Origin: Candidatus Heimdallarchaeota archaeon
Lineage (GTDB): Archaea; Asgardarchaeota; Heimdallarchaeia; JABLTI01
Assembly: GCA_018238155.1 (NCBI GenBank)
Contig: JABCTZ010000022.1
Location: 56,385-120,384, forward strand
Length of the DNA: 64,000 nucleotides
Direction of reading: 5' to 3'
Part shown: positions 9,210 through 18,849 of the stretch, piece after piece
How the letters are laid out: the number at the start of each line of letters is the position of its first letter
Numbering within the stretch: position 1 is the stretch's first letter
Program-made: the position numbers and the translations under genes
Notes under the pieces: generated by a model
Told to the model about the DNA's origin: nothing
What the model saw: the letters and a program-made list of their open reading frames with translations, nothing else
Databases searched by the model: none

Positions 9210-10477
9210 TACTCATCCTCTTCCACTATCAAATCTTCATAATTGATTTGTTGTTGAAATATTTCCCGCGTTTCATTATGAACTGGTGGTGGTGGTATAT
9301 CTACATGCGGTCGTGGATTTGTCAACACCTCAAATTCACGTGTCTTAGCATCTTGATTGACATTAGATTGACCAATTCTACTATCCTTGGGCATAGGTCT
9401 ATCAGTTATCGTCTGTATTAGTTGAGTCCCTACCCCTCGGTCAATGGCTTTATCTAAGAGCTTCATACCATCAGTTGAAAATGATTGACTTGCTTGAACC
9501 TTTACTTCAGCTAAACGTGCATCAAAAAGCCTATTTTCGAGAGCTTTAATCTCCGCATCTTTTTCTTTAAGTTCAGATTTATGCTCTCGTTTAATATCTT
9601 TTAATTCCTCTTCGATACGTTCAACTTTCTTTTTGTATTCTTCTGCTTGATACTGTGCTACGTCGATTTGTCCATCTTTATCATCTAATTGCTCATCAAA
9701 TCGTTCTTGTATTTTTTCCCATTCTCTTTCTTTTTCTTTATATTCCATATCCAGTTCGTATTTTTTATAAAATTCTGTAAAGTTTTGTGGTTTTGTTTCT
9801 TGAACAGAATGTCTAGAGAATCTTCTATCATCTACTGAATGTTTATTATCACCATAGTAATTAAATAACGCATCATCATATGCATCAATGATTTGTCTTA
9901 TTTTACCCTTACTTTTCGTTCCTGCATCCCAGATTTCAAAATAATGCCTCACTTCTTTACTATCCAATAGTTCTCTATTTTGTTCAGATTTTCTACTGAC
10001 ATCTTGAATGAATTTCTTATTACACCCATAATCAGTTAAAACTTCTCGAAGAATTTCTGTGTGGATTTGGTATTTTTGTAATACAGGTGGTTCTTTTCTC
10101 TGTGTGTAAACAGGTTCCTCATCATCATATTCATCTTCATGATCATCTTCAAAATAATTTTCAACTTCTCGACGAGTTTGTGGTCGTTCTTTTTCCAGTA
10201 ATGGCACTTTATCTTCTATATCTTCGTTTAATTCCTCTTCCAATTCAGCAATTCTTTCCGCTTTTTTCACTTGTGAATCAAAACTTTGTTCTTGTTCTTC
10301 TTCTTGGTCAAAAGAAAGAATAATCATTTCATCAGTTATTTGTGGGCTAAAACGATGGTTGGCAATTTTTGTAAATTTCTTCCCACAGGATAAACATTCT
10401 GCCCAAGTTTCAGAACTTGTAGTCCATTGAAACTTTGTTTCTTCATTACATTCAGTACATATTGAATTTGTTGTCAT
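9209..10477 (-). CDS. Zinc-ribbon plus coiled-coil hypothetical protein
   Basis: N-terminal CTEC...CLSC, acidic linker, long heptad-rich C-terminal half; first gene of the ATPase operon. Confidence 0.75.
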   Translation of the reverse strand: MTTNSICTECNEETKFQWTTSSETWAECLSCGKKFTKIANHRFSPQITDEMIILSFDQEEEQEQSFDSQVKKAERIAELEEELNEDIEDKVPLLEKERPQTRREVENYFEDDHEDEYDDEEPVYTQRKEPPVLQKYQIHTEILREVLTDYGCNKKFIQDVSRKSEQNRELLDSKEVRHYFEIWDAGTKSKGKIRQIIDAYDDALFNYYGDNKHSVDDRRFSRHSVQETKPQNFTEFYKKYELDMEYKEKEREWEKIQERFDEQLDDKDGQIDVAQYQAEEYKKKVERIEEELKDIKREHKSELKEKDAEIKALENRLFDARLAEVKVQASQSFSTDGMKLLDKAIDRGVGTQLIQTITDRPMPKDSRIGQSNVNQDAKTREFEVLTNPRPHVDIPPPPVHNETREIFQQQINYEDLIVEEDE

Positions 10478-10653
10478 ATCATAAACTCCTCTTCAAATAT
10501 ATTGGGTGTTGGATTATAAGCTCCCAAAGCACTCCGAAAGAGCTAGAAAAGCATTATATTAATGTACAGAAAAACAAAGATATTCTTAACTGTTGCGTAC
10601 ATCATATATGATTTTATTATGGAAAATATGAAAAAAGTATACAAATTGATTTC

Positions 10654-10828
10654 TTCATAATGGAATGAAAATCCATTCATAATGAACTCATATTCAATTC
10701 ATTATGAGCCATAATGGAAAACTTTCATAATGAAACAACATCAAAAGTATTATACTTTCATTATGTTTTTAATTAAGTATGAATGAGCATAGTGGAAAAT
10801 TGTATGAGAAAGGAAATTCCCATAATGG
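10654..10828. repeat. Cluster of CATWATG palindromes (parS-, iteron- or operator-like)
   Basis: CATAATG or CATTATG at 10656, 10678, 10700, 10710, 10726, 10759 and 10821, in non-coding DNA. Confidence 0.7.
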
Positions 10829-11069
10829 TTTAGAGTATGAGAATCTACTCAATACCCTCCCCCCTATACTCTATGATATTACTCATAAATCACGTAAACA
10901 AGATTATCTATAATTTGAGAAATTAGATTTGATTCCTCTAAAACATTCTAGAAAAAGTTTCCTTCAATGATTTTCTGAAATCAACCATAAATATATTCCA
11001 TGCTTGAACTTCTCGAACATATTTTTTATGTTAAATGTATGAAGAAGAAAAAAAAGTTGAATGGCATAT

Positions 11070-12209
11070 TCATGCCATATAAAATAATGCGGAAGTATTT
11101 CCGTCGAATTCTTGGGGTTTATCAAAATTTCCATCAAAAGGAGGGGACGTATATGGAAAGGCTTTAAAAGCAAAAGTGAAAACAGTTTCCATTGAAGTAG
11201 TTGCACTGCTCTTGTACTGTAAAAGCCAAGCAAATTCTAAGAAGTAATATGTCCAAAAACCATTTTGTTTATCAGGAAAACCATATCCAACACCCTTTTC
11301 AGTACATGTGGTAGTGCAATAAACACGAGCATTATTACCCATATTCATCAAGTCAGATCCAAAGCCACCTGAACGGCAATGGTCCAGAAAGACGAAAATT
11401 CTTGCTGCTAATGCATTCTCAAGTATTGCTGTAAGTTCCGTATCATAAAAATTACCATTTTCACCATTTTCTCCAGAATCACAGTCCCAAGCACATATGT
11501 AGGATGACCCTATACCATCACCACTACCATGTCCAGAGGATATAAAAGCAATAATGTCATTGTCATCAGCCATGTTGACCATATTGGTTAGAGCTTGTTT
11601 GATATTGTATTCAGTTGCTTTACCATCATATTTTGGATAGTTTGACGCGTTACTATCACCATAGACCCAAATGTGATCATAATCCATCTGAGCTCCTGAC
11701 AGGTGATTATACCAATCTGTAGCATCTTCATCACAGAAACTAAGATCCCCGCCAACTTTATAATCGGAGATTCCAACAATGACTGCAAATCTCATACTAT
11801 GACCTACAACGTTAACAGTAACTTGATTAACAGCATAATTACCAGCAGCATCAAACGCAATAGCTGTTAGAAGGTGGGTTCCATCATTGACCGAAAAACC
11901 GGCATTCATAATATCGTATGATTTTTCATAAGGAGCAGTATTGTCATAGCCGAGATTAAAACTACCTAAAGCAAAAGACACTCTTGTTACGCCAACGTTA
12001 TCATTTGCATTTGCTCGAACAGTAAATGCACCAGATATTGTTGCACCCGTAGAATGGCTAGTAATTGCTACTGTTGGAGGAGTAGTATCAGCGGGAGGAG
12101 GATCTGGACCTGGAACAAATCCAAAACCCAGAGCGTTTGATATTGGCATCAAGAAAAAGCTCAATCCAAAAAATATCAATAATAATTTTTTTAAAAATCG
12201 TTTTTTCAT
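11070..12209 (-). CDS. Secreted caspase-family (C14, metacaspase-like) peptidase with an Ig-like domain
   Basis: Signal peptide, DTTPPTVAIT Ig-like domain, FAVIVGISDY, SSGHG and LDHCRSG His/Cys dyad. Confidence 0.85.
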   Translation of the reverse strand: MKKRFLKKLLLIFFGLSFFLMPISNALGFGFVPGPDPPPADTTPPTVAITSHSTGATISGAFTVRANANDNVGVTRVSFALGSFNLGYDNTAPYEKSYDIMNAGFSVNDGTHLLTAIAFDAAGNYAVNQVTVNVVGHSMRFAVIVGISDYKVGGDLSFCDEDATDWYNHLSGAQMDYDHIWVYGDSNASNYPKYDGKATEYNIKQALTNMVNMADDNDIIAFISSGHGSGDGIGSSYICAWDCDSGENGENGNFYDTELTAILENALAARIFVFLDHCRSGGFGSDLMNMGNNARVYCTTTCTEKGVGYGFPDKQNGFWTYYFLEFAWLLQYKSSATTSMETVFTFAFKAFPYTSPPFDGNFDKPQEFDGNTSALFYMA

Positions 12210-12321
12210 TTATCATTTCACCTATTAATTTTACCTTTTCATAACTTCTTCCCCTAAAAAAGGGTTAAATTTATAACTATTCTATCAATTTATAAATTTA
12301 CTTTGAAGCTTATTCAACTCT

Positions 12322-13275
12322 TCATTTAAAATCATCCAATGTGATACTATCCAGAAGATTGGCTATCACTTCGATTTTTGATTCAATTTGCCTTTGTTTT
12401 TCCATATTGGAAGAATCTTTAAAGTACATTAACGCTTCATTTAACTCAGTTTTAAACTGAAAGAGCTTACTATAATGTTCAAGTGTAAGTTGATTATGTG
12501 GTAACCGAAAGAAGTTATTCAACTGTTCTTCAATCTGGGAGATACTTTTTGAATAGATCAAATCCTTAAATTGAATGTATTCATCGGTAATTTGTAAACC
12601 AAGGTCTTCTTTCAGTTTTTTCTTCTCTATCAATCCCTCTAGTCGTTTTTGTTTCAAATTTACTTTCTGTGAGAGCTGAGCAAAGGAGATTTCCCCTTGA
12701 GTTTCCTTAGCAATCAATAGTACTCCTTTTGTCTTTTCATATTGTTTTTGCATTTTGTTTGTGAACATCAAATACAAACTGAAAGTTATTATTGATACAA
12801 TGGATACTATCAGATCAATAACTAATGCAATCATTCCAGCGTATTTACAATTAAAAAATCTTATAGACTCTATTCTAATAACTGTCATCATAGATAAATG
12901 CCATTCCAAGTTATTTCTAATTTCTATAATAGTCCGAGGTGGCATCCGTATATAATTAGTTTTACAAGCAAATACTGTTGAAGGTTCTAATCGAAACTGC
13001 CATGAGTTATCATACGATACAACAATTCCATATATAAATATGTGAGAACTAAGATTTGTCTCATAAACTTTTCGTATCTGTTCCCAAATACTACTATTGG
13101 ACATATCAACTGCTAGCTGATTTCCATCAATGTCTTCTATAATTGCCCATCTGTTGGTCTCATGTTTAATATCTTCTGAATTATTAATAATGAGAAAGTA
13201 AGTCGGAAACCCAAAAAGTAATACCAAAATTACAAACAAGGAAAATAACGCTATTATTTTTCTTCGCTCTTTCAT
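12322..13275 (-). CDS. Hypothetical two-TM membrane protein with a cytoplasmic helical domain
   Basis: Two TM helices flanking an external domain. Confidence 0.7.
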   Translation of the reverse strand: MKERRKIIALFSLFVILVLLFGFPTYFLIINNSEDIKHETNRWAIIEDIDGNQLAVDMSNSSIWEQIRKVYETNLSSHIFIYGIVVSYDNSWQFRLEPSTVFACKTNYIRMPPRTIIEIRNNLEWHLSMMTVIRIESIRFFNCKYAGMIALVIDLIVSIVSIITFSLYLMFTNKMQKQYEKTKGVLLIAKETQGEISFAQLSQKVNLKQKRLEGLIEKKKLKEDLGLQITDEYIQFKDLIYSKSISQIEEQLNNFFRLPHNQLTLEHYSKLFQFKTELNEALMYFKDSSNMEKQRQIESKIEVIANLLDSITLDDFK

Positions 13276-13756
13276 TCTGTATCCCTTCTCTAATTATACA
13301 ATTACCATTTTTCAAACTCTTCTTTAGTAAATCTACTTTAATAAAAATCTTCTCTGCTTAATTTGGTGAAAATTAAATGTTATTAAAAAACTATTCACCA
13401 CATGAAAGATTGGAGCTCTAGCAGATTCATATATTTTTCTATGAGAACTGTGAAAGAGCTCTGTGCAAAGCAACAGCTAACAGTAACAGCGTTGTATTGA
13501 AACAAAGGGATTTCCAGGAAGTTTCTTCTATCATTTACATAAACCTGATTTCAACAATAGATAACGATTGCTCTCTATCAAGTGCTTCATAAATTAATTC
13601 TCAACTATTCATTCTTTTTCTTCACCTTTAGTGAATTAATTACTTCATTTGTTTCAACAACAAAAGCAACAAATCTACAAATATCCCTAATACCTTCTTT
13701 ACGTTCTTCACTCATCAAAACGCCTTCTTCACCTTTCATGATCCGTTTCAAATTGA

Positions 13757-14590
13757 TTATTCTGTGTTGAATTCTTTCTTAGGATTGAACCAACCACCAT
13801 CTTTTTCGATTTTAAAACTATCTGTGCCAATTTTAATTTCATGTTGTCCTACACCATAATACTTGGAGATTTCAACGTCACCATTCCAAGTGACAGAAGC
13901 ACTGTTACCAATAGTTTCGATAGATTCAAGATGCCCATAAGAACCATCATCAATATTCAAATAAGTTCCTAATCTAATTTCGTAATCTGTTCCACCATTT
14001 ACAGTTACAGAAACTGTGTGACTGAAAATTACAGAATCCTGTTCGTATGGGAATGATGCGTGATTTTGAGGATCAAGTAAATCTATAGAAATGTCAATGT
14101 TGGTAAATTCGTATGTATTAAAAATGGCAACATTAGTTTGTTTTGTTCCTAATGTCAAAATTACAACATAAATATCTTGTTTCAATGTTATGATAAAATA
14201 GAAGGTATGCATACCAAAAGTGAATCCAGCATAATCAGCAGATACTGGTATAATGAAAGGATCTGCAGTATGCCAAGTATTCGTTGTTCCATTAACTACA
14301 CTTGTTCCATCGATTACTAAAACCCACTCGACGTATAAACTTGACATTTCCATAGGATCAATTTGAACATGTGCACAAAAATGCTGAACATTAGATTCGT
14401 CGCATCCGAAAAATGTCTCTCCATCGCCAACTGAATTTGAATAATTAACATTATAAGCACTCCAACTATCAACGTCAGGAGCAACATAATGTACTGTAGG
14501 TAAACCAACAATTATTACAACTACTAAAGATACTAATAATTTCCTTTTCATTTTTTTACTTCCTAAGTTCTGGTCTTTCAACACCGACAA
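13757..14590 (-). CDS. Secreted or membrane-anchored beta-rich protein, possibly truncated
   Basis: MKRKLLVSLVVVIIVGL signal anchor; Ig-like composition. Confidence 0.65.
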   Translation of the reverse strand: MSVLKDQNLGSKKMKRKLLVSLVVVIIVGLPTVHYVAPDVDSWSAYNVNYSNSVGDGETFFGCDESNVQHFCAHVQIDPMEMSSLYVEWVLVIDGTSVVNGTTNTWHTADPFIIPVSADYAGFTFGMHTFYFIITLKQDIYVVILTLGTKQTNVAIFNTYEFTNIDISIDLLDPQNHASFPYEQDSVIFSHTVSVTVNGGTDYEIRLGTYLNIDDGSYGHLESIETIGNSASVTWNGDVEISKYYGVGQHEIKIGTDSFKIEKDGGWFNPKKEFNTE

Positions 14591-14700
14591 GAGGCATCTT
14601 ATCGAAATGAGATTATTAATAAAACCTTTATCCTTTTCTTACAATTCTAAAGATGAAAGAAAAAACATAAATCTTGTGGTTGAGTAAAAAAAGAAAAACA

Positions 14701-16275
14701 TTAAGCTTTTTCTGCTAATGCTTCTTTGTATTTCTCAAGTCTTTGAATCATTGAATTAATTTCTTTACGAGATAATTCAGGTTCAATTTCTATTTCTTTT
14801 CTTTCCTCGATTAATTGGTCATCTGCTTCTCTTTGTATGGAATACACTTCTTTCATTTCTTCAACTTCAGATTTAAGTTCAATGAAAGTTTTCTCCATTT
14901 TGATGTTTTCGTTGAGCAGTTCGTTGTAAGACTTTTCTAGTTGCATATATTTTGCATCATCTTTTTCGAGGTCAAATAATCGCATATCAACACATTTTTG
15001 CATTTCAGAAATAATTTTAGATTTAAGTTTTTGATAGAAAGATTTTCTATCTCCATAGTGATAATCACTCATAACCGAAGAATCTTCTCCAGAACCATTT
15101 CCTCGCCAATGTCCCATCAATATCTCGACAATTGTGCTGTCCATTTGTGCTTCTTCACGACATTTTCGATAGAAGGTTTTGCGGAAGTGTGAGGGAGTTA
15201 TATTGTTTTCAATTTCAGCTAGCTTAACTAACTTGGTGGTGATTCTTCTGATACTGCCAGGATAAATTCGTTTCTTTGAATAAAAGCTTGTAAAGATGAA
15301 TGTTTCACCATCTATTGAATCAGTATAATGATATTGTTTCCGTAAATGTGATTGAATTAACTCAAGTGCTTTCTTTGATATCACGCCATAAAAACCGATT
15401 CTCGTTTTGCTCCTTACGTGATGAAAAAGATAGAATTCTTCTGTTAGTTCTTGAGGATTGAATGGATCAATGAGATGTTTAATTGACTTGTATTGTAATC
15501 GGCACACATCAATATTTGATAGTCCTGAGCTCCAGAGAGTATGTAAAACTGCTCGTTCAAATAAATCAGCGTGATAAAGCATTGCTCTAAAATCTTCTTT
15601 CTGTATTGATTCCTTAAAATTCTCTAGTTCAAAATCCTCTTCACTCATTATCCCTTTTGTGACTGTTGGGAAATCTTGTTTTCGCCATTGAAATTCAATA
15701 TCAAGAAATTCTCTAAAGAAAATTTTCACATAGTTTACTTCTGTCCAAGCGACTTTGTGCTTTACTTTTTGCACTCGCTTATCATAGAAATTTTTTAACA
15801 TACTTTTGATTATTCCTTTGCTCAAGAGATTTTTCTCAGAATTTTTCTTCAACTTTGTTGGCGTTGTATCGTGAAAAACACAAAAGTTAGTTAGTGCTCT
15901 TGTAACATTATCGGTTGTTCCTTTGTTCGAGTAATAATTCTTCCAACTTTGCATTAACACATCATCATTAAAGCGATTCTTCTTTTTCTTTGGGTTTCTT
16001 TCAATTTTTATCTTTGCTCCATAGAATCTTAGAAAACGTCTTACGTGTGAGGCAGATATTTTTGTTGATTTAGTTTTTAGTTGATATTCAAGCAGAAAAG
16101 GAATTTCTTTTTCAGCAGATTTGAGCAATTCTTCAACCGTAGAAATTTTACGATAGTTCATATAATTTATTACCGAATAAATATGACTTCGTTTTGTGTT
16201 ACTGTTTTTTATTTCACTTTCTACGAACTTGACTAATTTTTCATTTTCTGTTAAGGGATTTTTAGGTTTTGGCAT
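14701..16275 (-). CDS. Large tyrosine recombinase/integrase-like protein with a C-terminal coiled coil
   Basis: LWSSGLSNIDV, RSKT, SHFRKTF, LMGH and DYHY motifs; two core-binding-like helical repeats at the N-terminus. Confidence 0.85.
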   Translation of the reverse strand: MPKPKNPLTENEKLVKFVESEIKNSNTKRSHIYSVINYMNYRKISTVEELLKSAEKEIPFLLEYQLKTKSTKISASHVRRFLRFYGAKIKIERNPKKKKNRFNDDVLMQSWKNYYSNKGTTDNVTRALTNFCVFHDTTPTKLKKNSEKNLLSKGIIKSMLKNFYDKRVQKVKHKVAWTEVNYVKIFFREFLDIEFQWRKQDFPTVTKGIMSEEDFELENFKESIQKEDFRAMLYHADLFERAVLHTLWSSGLSNIDVCRLQYKSIKHLIDPFNPQELTEEFYLFHHVRSKTRIGFYGVISKKALELIQSHLRKQYHYTDSIDGETFIFTSFYSKKRIYPGSIRRITTKLVKLAEIENNITPSHFRKTFYRKCREEAQMDSTIVEILMGHWRGNGSGEDSSVMSDYHYGDRKSFYQKLKSKIISEMQKCVDMRLFDLEKDDAKYMQLEKSYNELLNENIKMEKTFIELKSEVEEMKEVYSIQREADDQLIEERKEIEIEPELSRKEINSMIQRLEKYKEALAEKA

Positions 16276-16504
16276 TTTTTATCACCGACAAATTGTTTAT
16301 AGTCCTAATATAAAAAATGTACTTTATTAATGTTTTTGTATCACAATTCAAATTTATTGAAATTTATTAGTGCAACCATTCTTAATACAAAATACAAGAG
16401 GAATAAATCCTCTTTTTCTCTTTTCTTATGATGTCCCCAAAAGAAATCCATAAATACCATATCAATTATTTTATCTTTATAATTTAAAAGTGAGAGTTAT
16501 TTTA

Positions 16505-18241
16505 ATGAAAAAGAGTATAAAATTAATATTACTTCTAGAGGTTCTTTTGATATTTTCTGGAATTTCTAGCCTTATAATTTCGAGTAGTGTTGCTATTCCC
16601 GTACAAGAAACGGGTACTTTTTCAGCACAAGATTTCCTAACGCCTACAATAACAAGTTGGGAACACTATAGCAGTAATTCATATGTGAAGTTTACTGCAG
16701 TAGATATTGATAGTACAGGAAACGTATATGTAACTGGAATGATGATAAACGCAACAAACACCTATTCAATTGTAGTTAAATTCGACTCAAATATGAATGA
16801 GGTTTGGAATACTACAGAGATCCTAATAGGCAATGGTCATATAACTGATATTTCTGTGGATTCTGAAGGTTATATTTACACTGTTGGTTACAGAGAAAAT
16901 ACTGCTCCTCCCAATGAGTATTTTGGTTTTTATTATAAATATAATAACACTGGTTTTCAGCAGTCTGGCTCCACTTATTATAGTTCATACACAAGTCTAG
17001 TAACTAGTGCTATTGATGATTTGGGCTATCAAGAAATTGTTTTTTGTGGGTATCTACAAAATTATGATGGTTCATATAATGCAACAATAGTTGAAAGAGT
17101 AGATCATGGATTGAATGGAACTTCTTGGTCGAATACTTTTACTCCAACTAACAAAGAACTTTATCTTTTTGATATAGAAGCAAGCAGTCTTGGAGATATA
17201 TTAGTTACAGGTTGGGTGAATTCGTCAACAAACCATAAAGATATTTTTATTGGAAAATTTAGTGGAACAATGGGAGGCCAAATTTGGAACAACACTTGTT
17301 TTTCGGGTCCAAAAAATGATCTTGCTAACGAAATAGAGTTAACTGGAAATAACATCTATGTTGCAGGTGAAAAAGAATCATATTCTAGTGATATATTTTC
17401 AGATGCTTATTTAGCTAAACTCGATTTGAATGGTGATGTTGTTTGGAATGCAAGTTTCGATTGTAAACCTAACGAAAATCAAGGTGAAAGTGTTTATGGT
17501 TTAGCGATAACCGACAATGACAATGCAATAATCTGTGGCTATGACTTAGGTACGTATAGCTTTATAGCTGAATTCTCAAGTGCAGGTTCTCTTCTATGGA
17601 ATTATACAATAGATTTTAGTGCAATGTATTTTGAAGATGTCGAATATAGAGCTACTGATGGAAAAATATTTGCTGTAGGAACTAAAGATAGTTCAGGCAA
17701 CTATGCGGGTGGGATATATGTTTTTGATTATCACCCTCCTCAGAATGACGCCAACTCTGGTGACGATGCTGGTGATAATTTCAGTTCAGCATTACTCATT
17801 TCAGCTGGAACACATCAAGGTTCACTCTATCTTGATGATATCAATGATTGGTATCAGTTTTCAGTTACTATTGGAGATCGAATAGACGTGTCATTAACTG
17901 GTGATGTTGGAACCGATTTTGATATTTGGTTAAATGATCCAATAGGTACTAGTAAAGCTTCAAGTGCTGCATTAACCTATCCTGATGCATTCTCCTTTGT
18001 TGCAGATTCAAGTGGCAATTGGCGTGTATTAGTAAACAAAATTACAGGTGAAGGCGATTATTCTTTAACTATAACAATAACTTCTCCGTCTACTTCACCA
18101 ACACCAACTTCTCCCTCTCCAACACCAAGCCCAAGTGGTAATTTCTTTGCCGATAATTGGTATTGGTTTGCAATTGGAGGTGGTGGTTTATTGGTGCTTG
18201 TAATAGTCATTGTAATTGTCAAAATTGCAAGAAGGAAATAA
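16505..18241 (+). CDS. Cell-surface protein: beta-propeller repeats, PPC-like domain, S/T/P linker, C-terminal TM
   Basis: Signal peptide, VDIDSTGNVYVTG-type repeats, DDINDWY...DFDIWL, SPSTSPTPT linker, TM followed by RRK. Confidence 0.8.
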   Translation: MKKSIKLILLLEVLLIFSGISSLIISSSVAIPVQETGTFSAQDFLTPTITSWEHYSSNSYVKFTAVDIDSTGNVYVTGMMINATNTYSIVVKFDSNMNEVWNTTEILIGNGHITDISVDSEGYIYTVGYRENTAPPNEYFGFYYKYNNTGFQQSGSTYYSSYTSLVTSAIDDLGYQEIVFCGYLQNYDGSYNATIVERVDHGLNGTSWSNTFTPTNKELYLFDIEASSLGDILVTGWVNSSTNHKDIFIGKFSGTMGGQIWNNTCFSGPKNDLANEIELTGNNIYVAGEKESYSSDIFSDAYLAKLDLNGDVVWNASFDCKPNENQGESVYGLAITDNDNAIICGYDLGTYSFIAEFSSAGSLLWNYTIDFSAMYFEDVEYRATDGKIFAVGTKDSSGNYAGGIYVFDYHPPQNDANSGDDAGDNFSSALLISAGTHQGSLYLDDINDWYQFSVTIGDRIDVSLTGDVGTDFDIWLNDPIGTSKASSAALTYPDAFSFVADSSGNWRVLVNKITGEGDYSLTITITSPSTSPTPTSPSPTPSPSGNFFADNWYWFAIGGGGLLVLVIVIVIVKIARRK

Positions 18242-18462
18242 GTGAATACCATGTTGAGAAAGAGCTTTGTTTTTTCTCTTCCAATTTATTTTTTTTATCT
18301 AAAACATCAGAGAAGCACCTATAATACTATTTTTGGAGACGACAAAAAACGTGCTCTTCAAGAAAAGGTTTAAATTCAAGTCAAAATATTTTAAGAACTA
18401 CTTAGAATCAATCATTTATTATTTTTCTTAGAAACAAGATACAATATTCTGGTGCTAAAGAT

Positions 18463-18699
18463 ATGTCCATTAAACGAACTAAATCCGAATTACCGTTGGC
18501 GCCCATCGAAAGGATGATCAAAGAAACGACTAATTTACTTGTCTCAGAGAGTGCTTCTCTTGAATTACGAAAAGTTATCACTGAGATTATTGAAGAGCTC
18601 TCTTTAGATGCTGCAGATCTAGCTATTTTTTCCAAAAGGAAAACAATTAAGGATAGAGATATTGCTTTAGCCTATAAAAATAGAAAGAAAGTTCGCTGA
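18463..18699 (+). CDS. Archaeal histone (HMf family), variant
   Basis: ELPLAPIERMIK...VSESA...KRKTIKDRDI histone-fold pattern. Confidence 0.9.
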   Translation: MSIKRTKSELPLAPIERMIKETTNLLVSESASLELRKVITEIIEELSLDAADLAIFSKRKTIKDRDIALAYKNRKKVR

Positions 18700-18849
18700 C
18701 TGAGCTTTTTCTATTCACTCTTTTTTGTCAATAGCATTTTTCATATAAAGTTAAGCTTTTAAACAACGACGTATGTTTATAGTAAAACGGTATGAATGAA
18801 ATATTCACATCTTATCTGATGAACAAACTCGACCGTTCACTAAGGCGAA

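Larger units (their letters stand above)
4700..16400. mobile_element. Decaying integrated element(s), provirus- or plasmid-like; boundaries approximate
   Basis: Two tyrosine recombinases, a ParA-like ATPase, co-oriented overlapping small orphan ORFs all on the minus strand, several frameshifts and a palindrome array. No att repeat identified by eye. Confidence 0.7.

Noticed and set aside
10620-10900. Repeat cluster as a CRISPR array
   Set aside because: Units are 7-13 bp with irregular short spacing; no 25-40 bp repeats with unique spacers were seen anywhere in the window.
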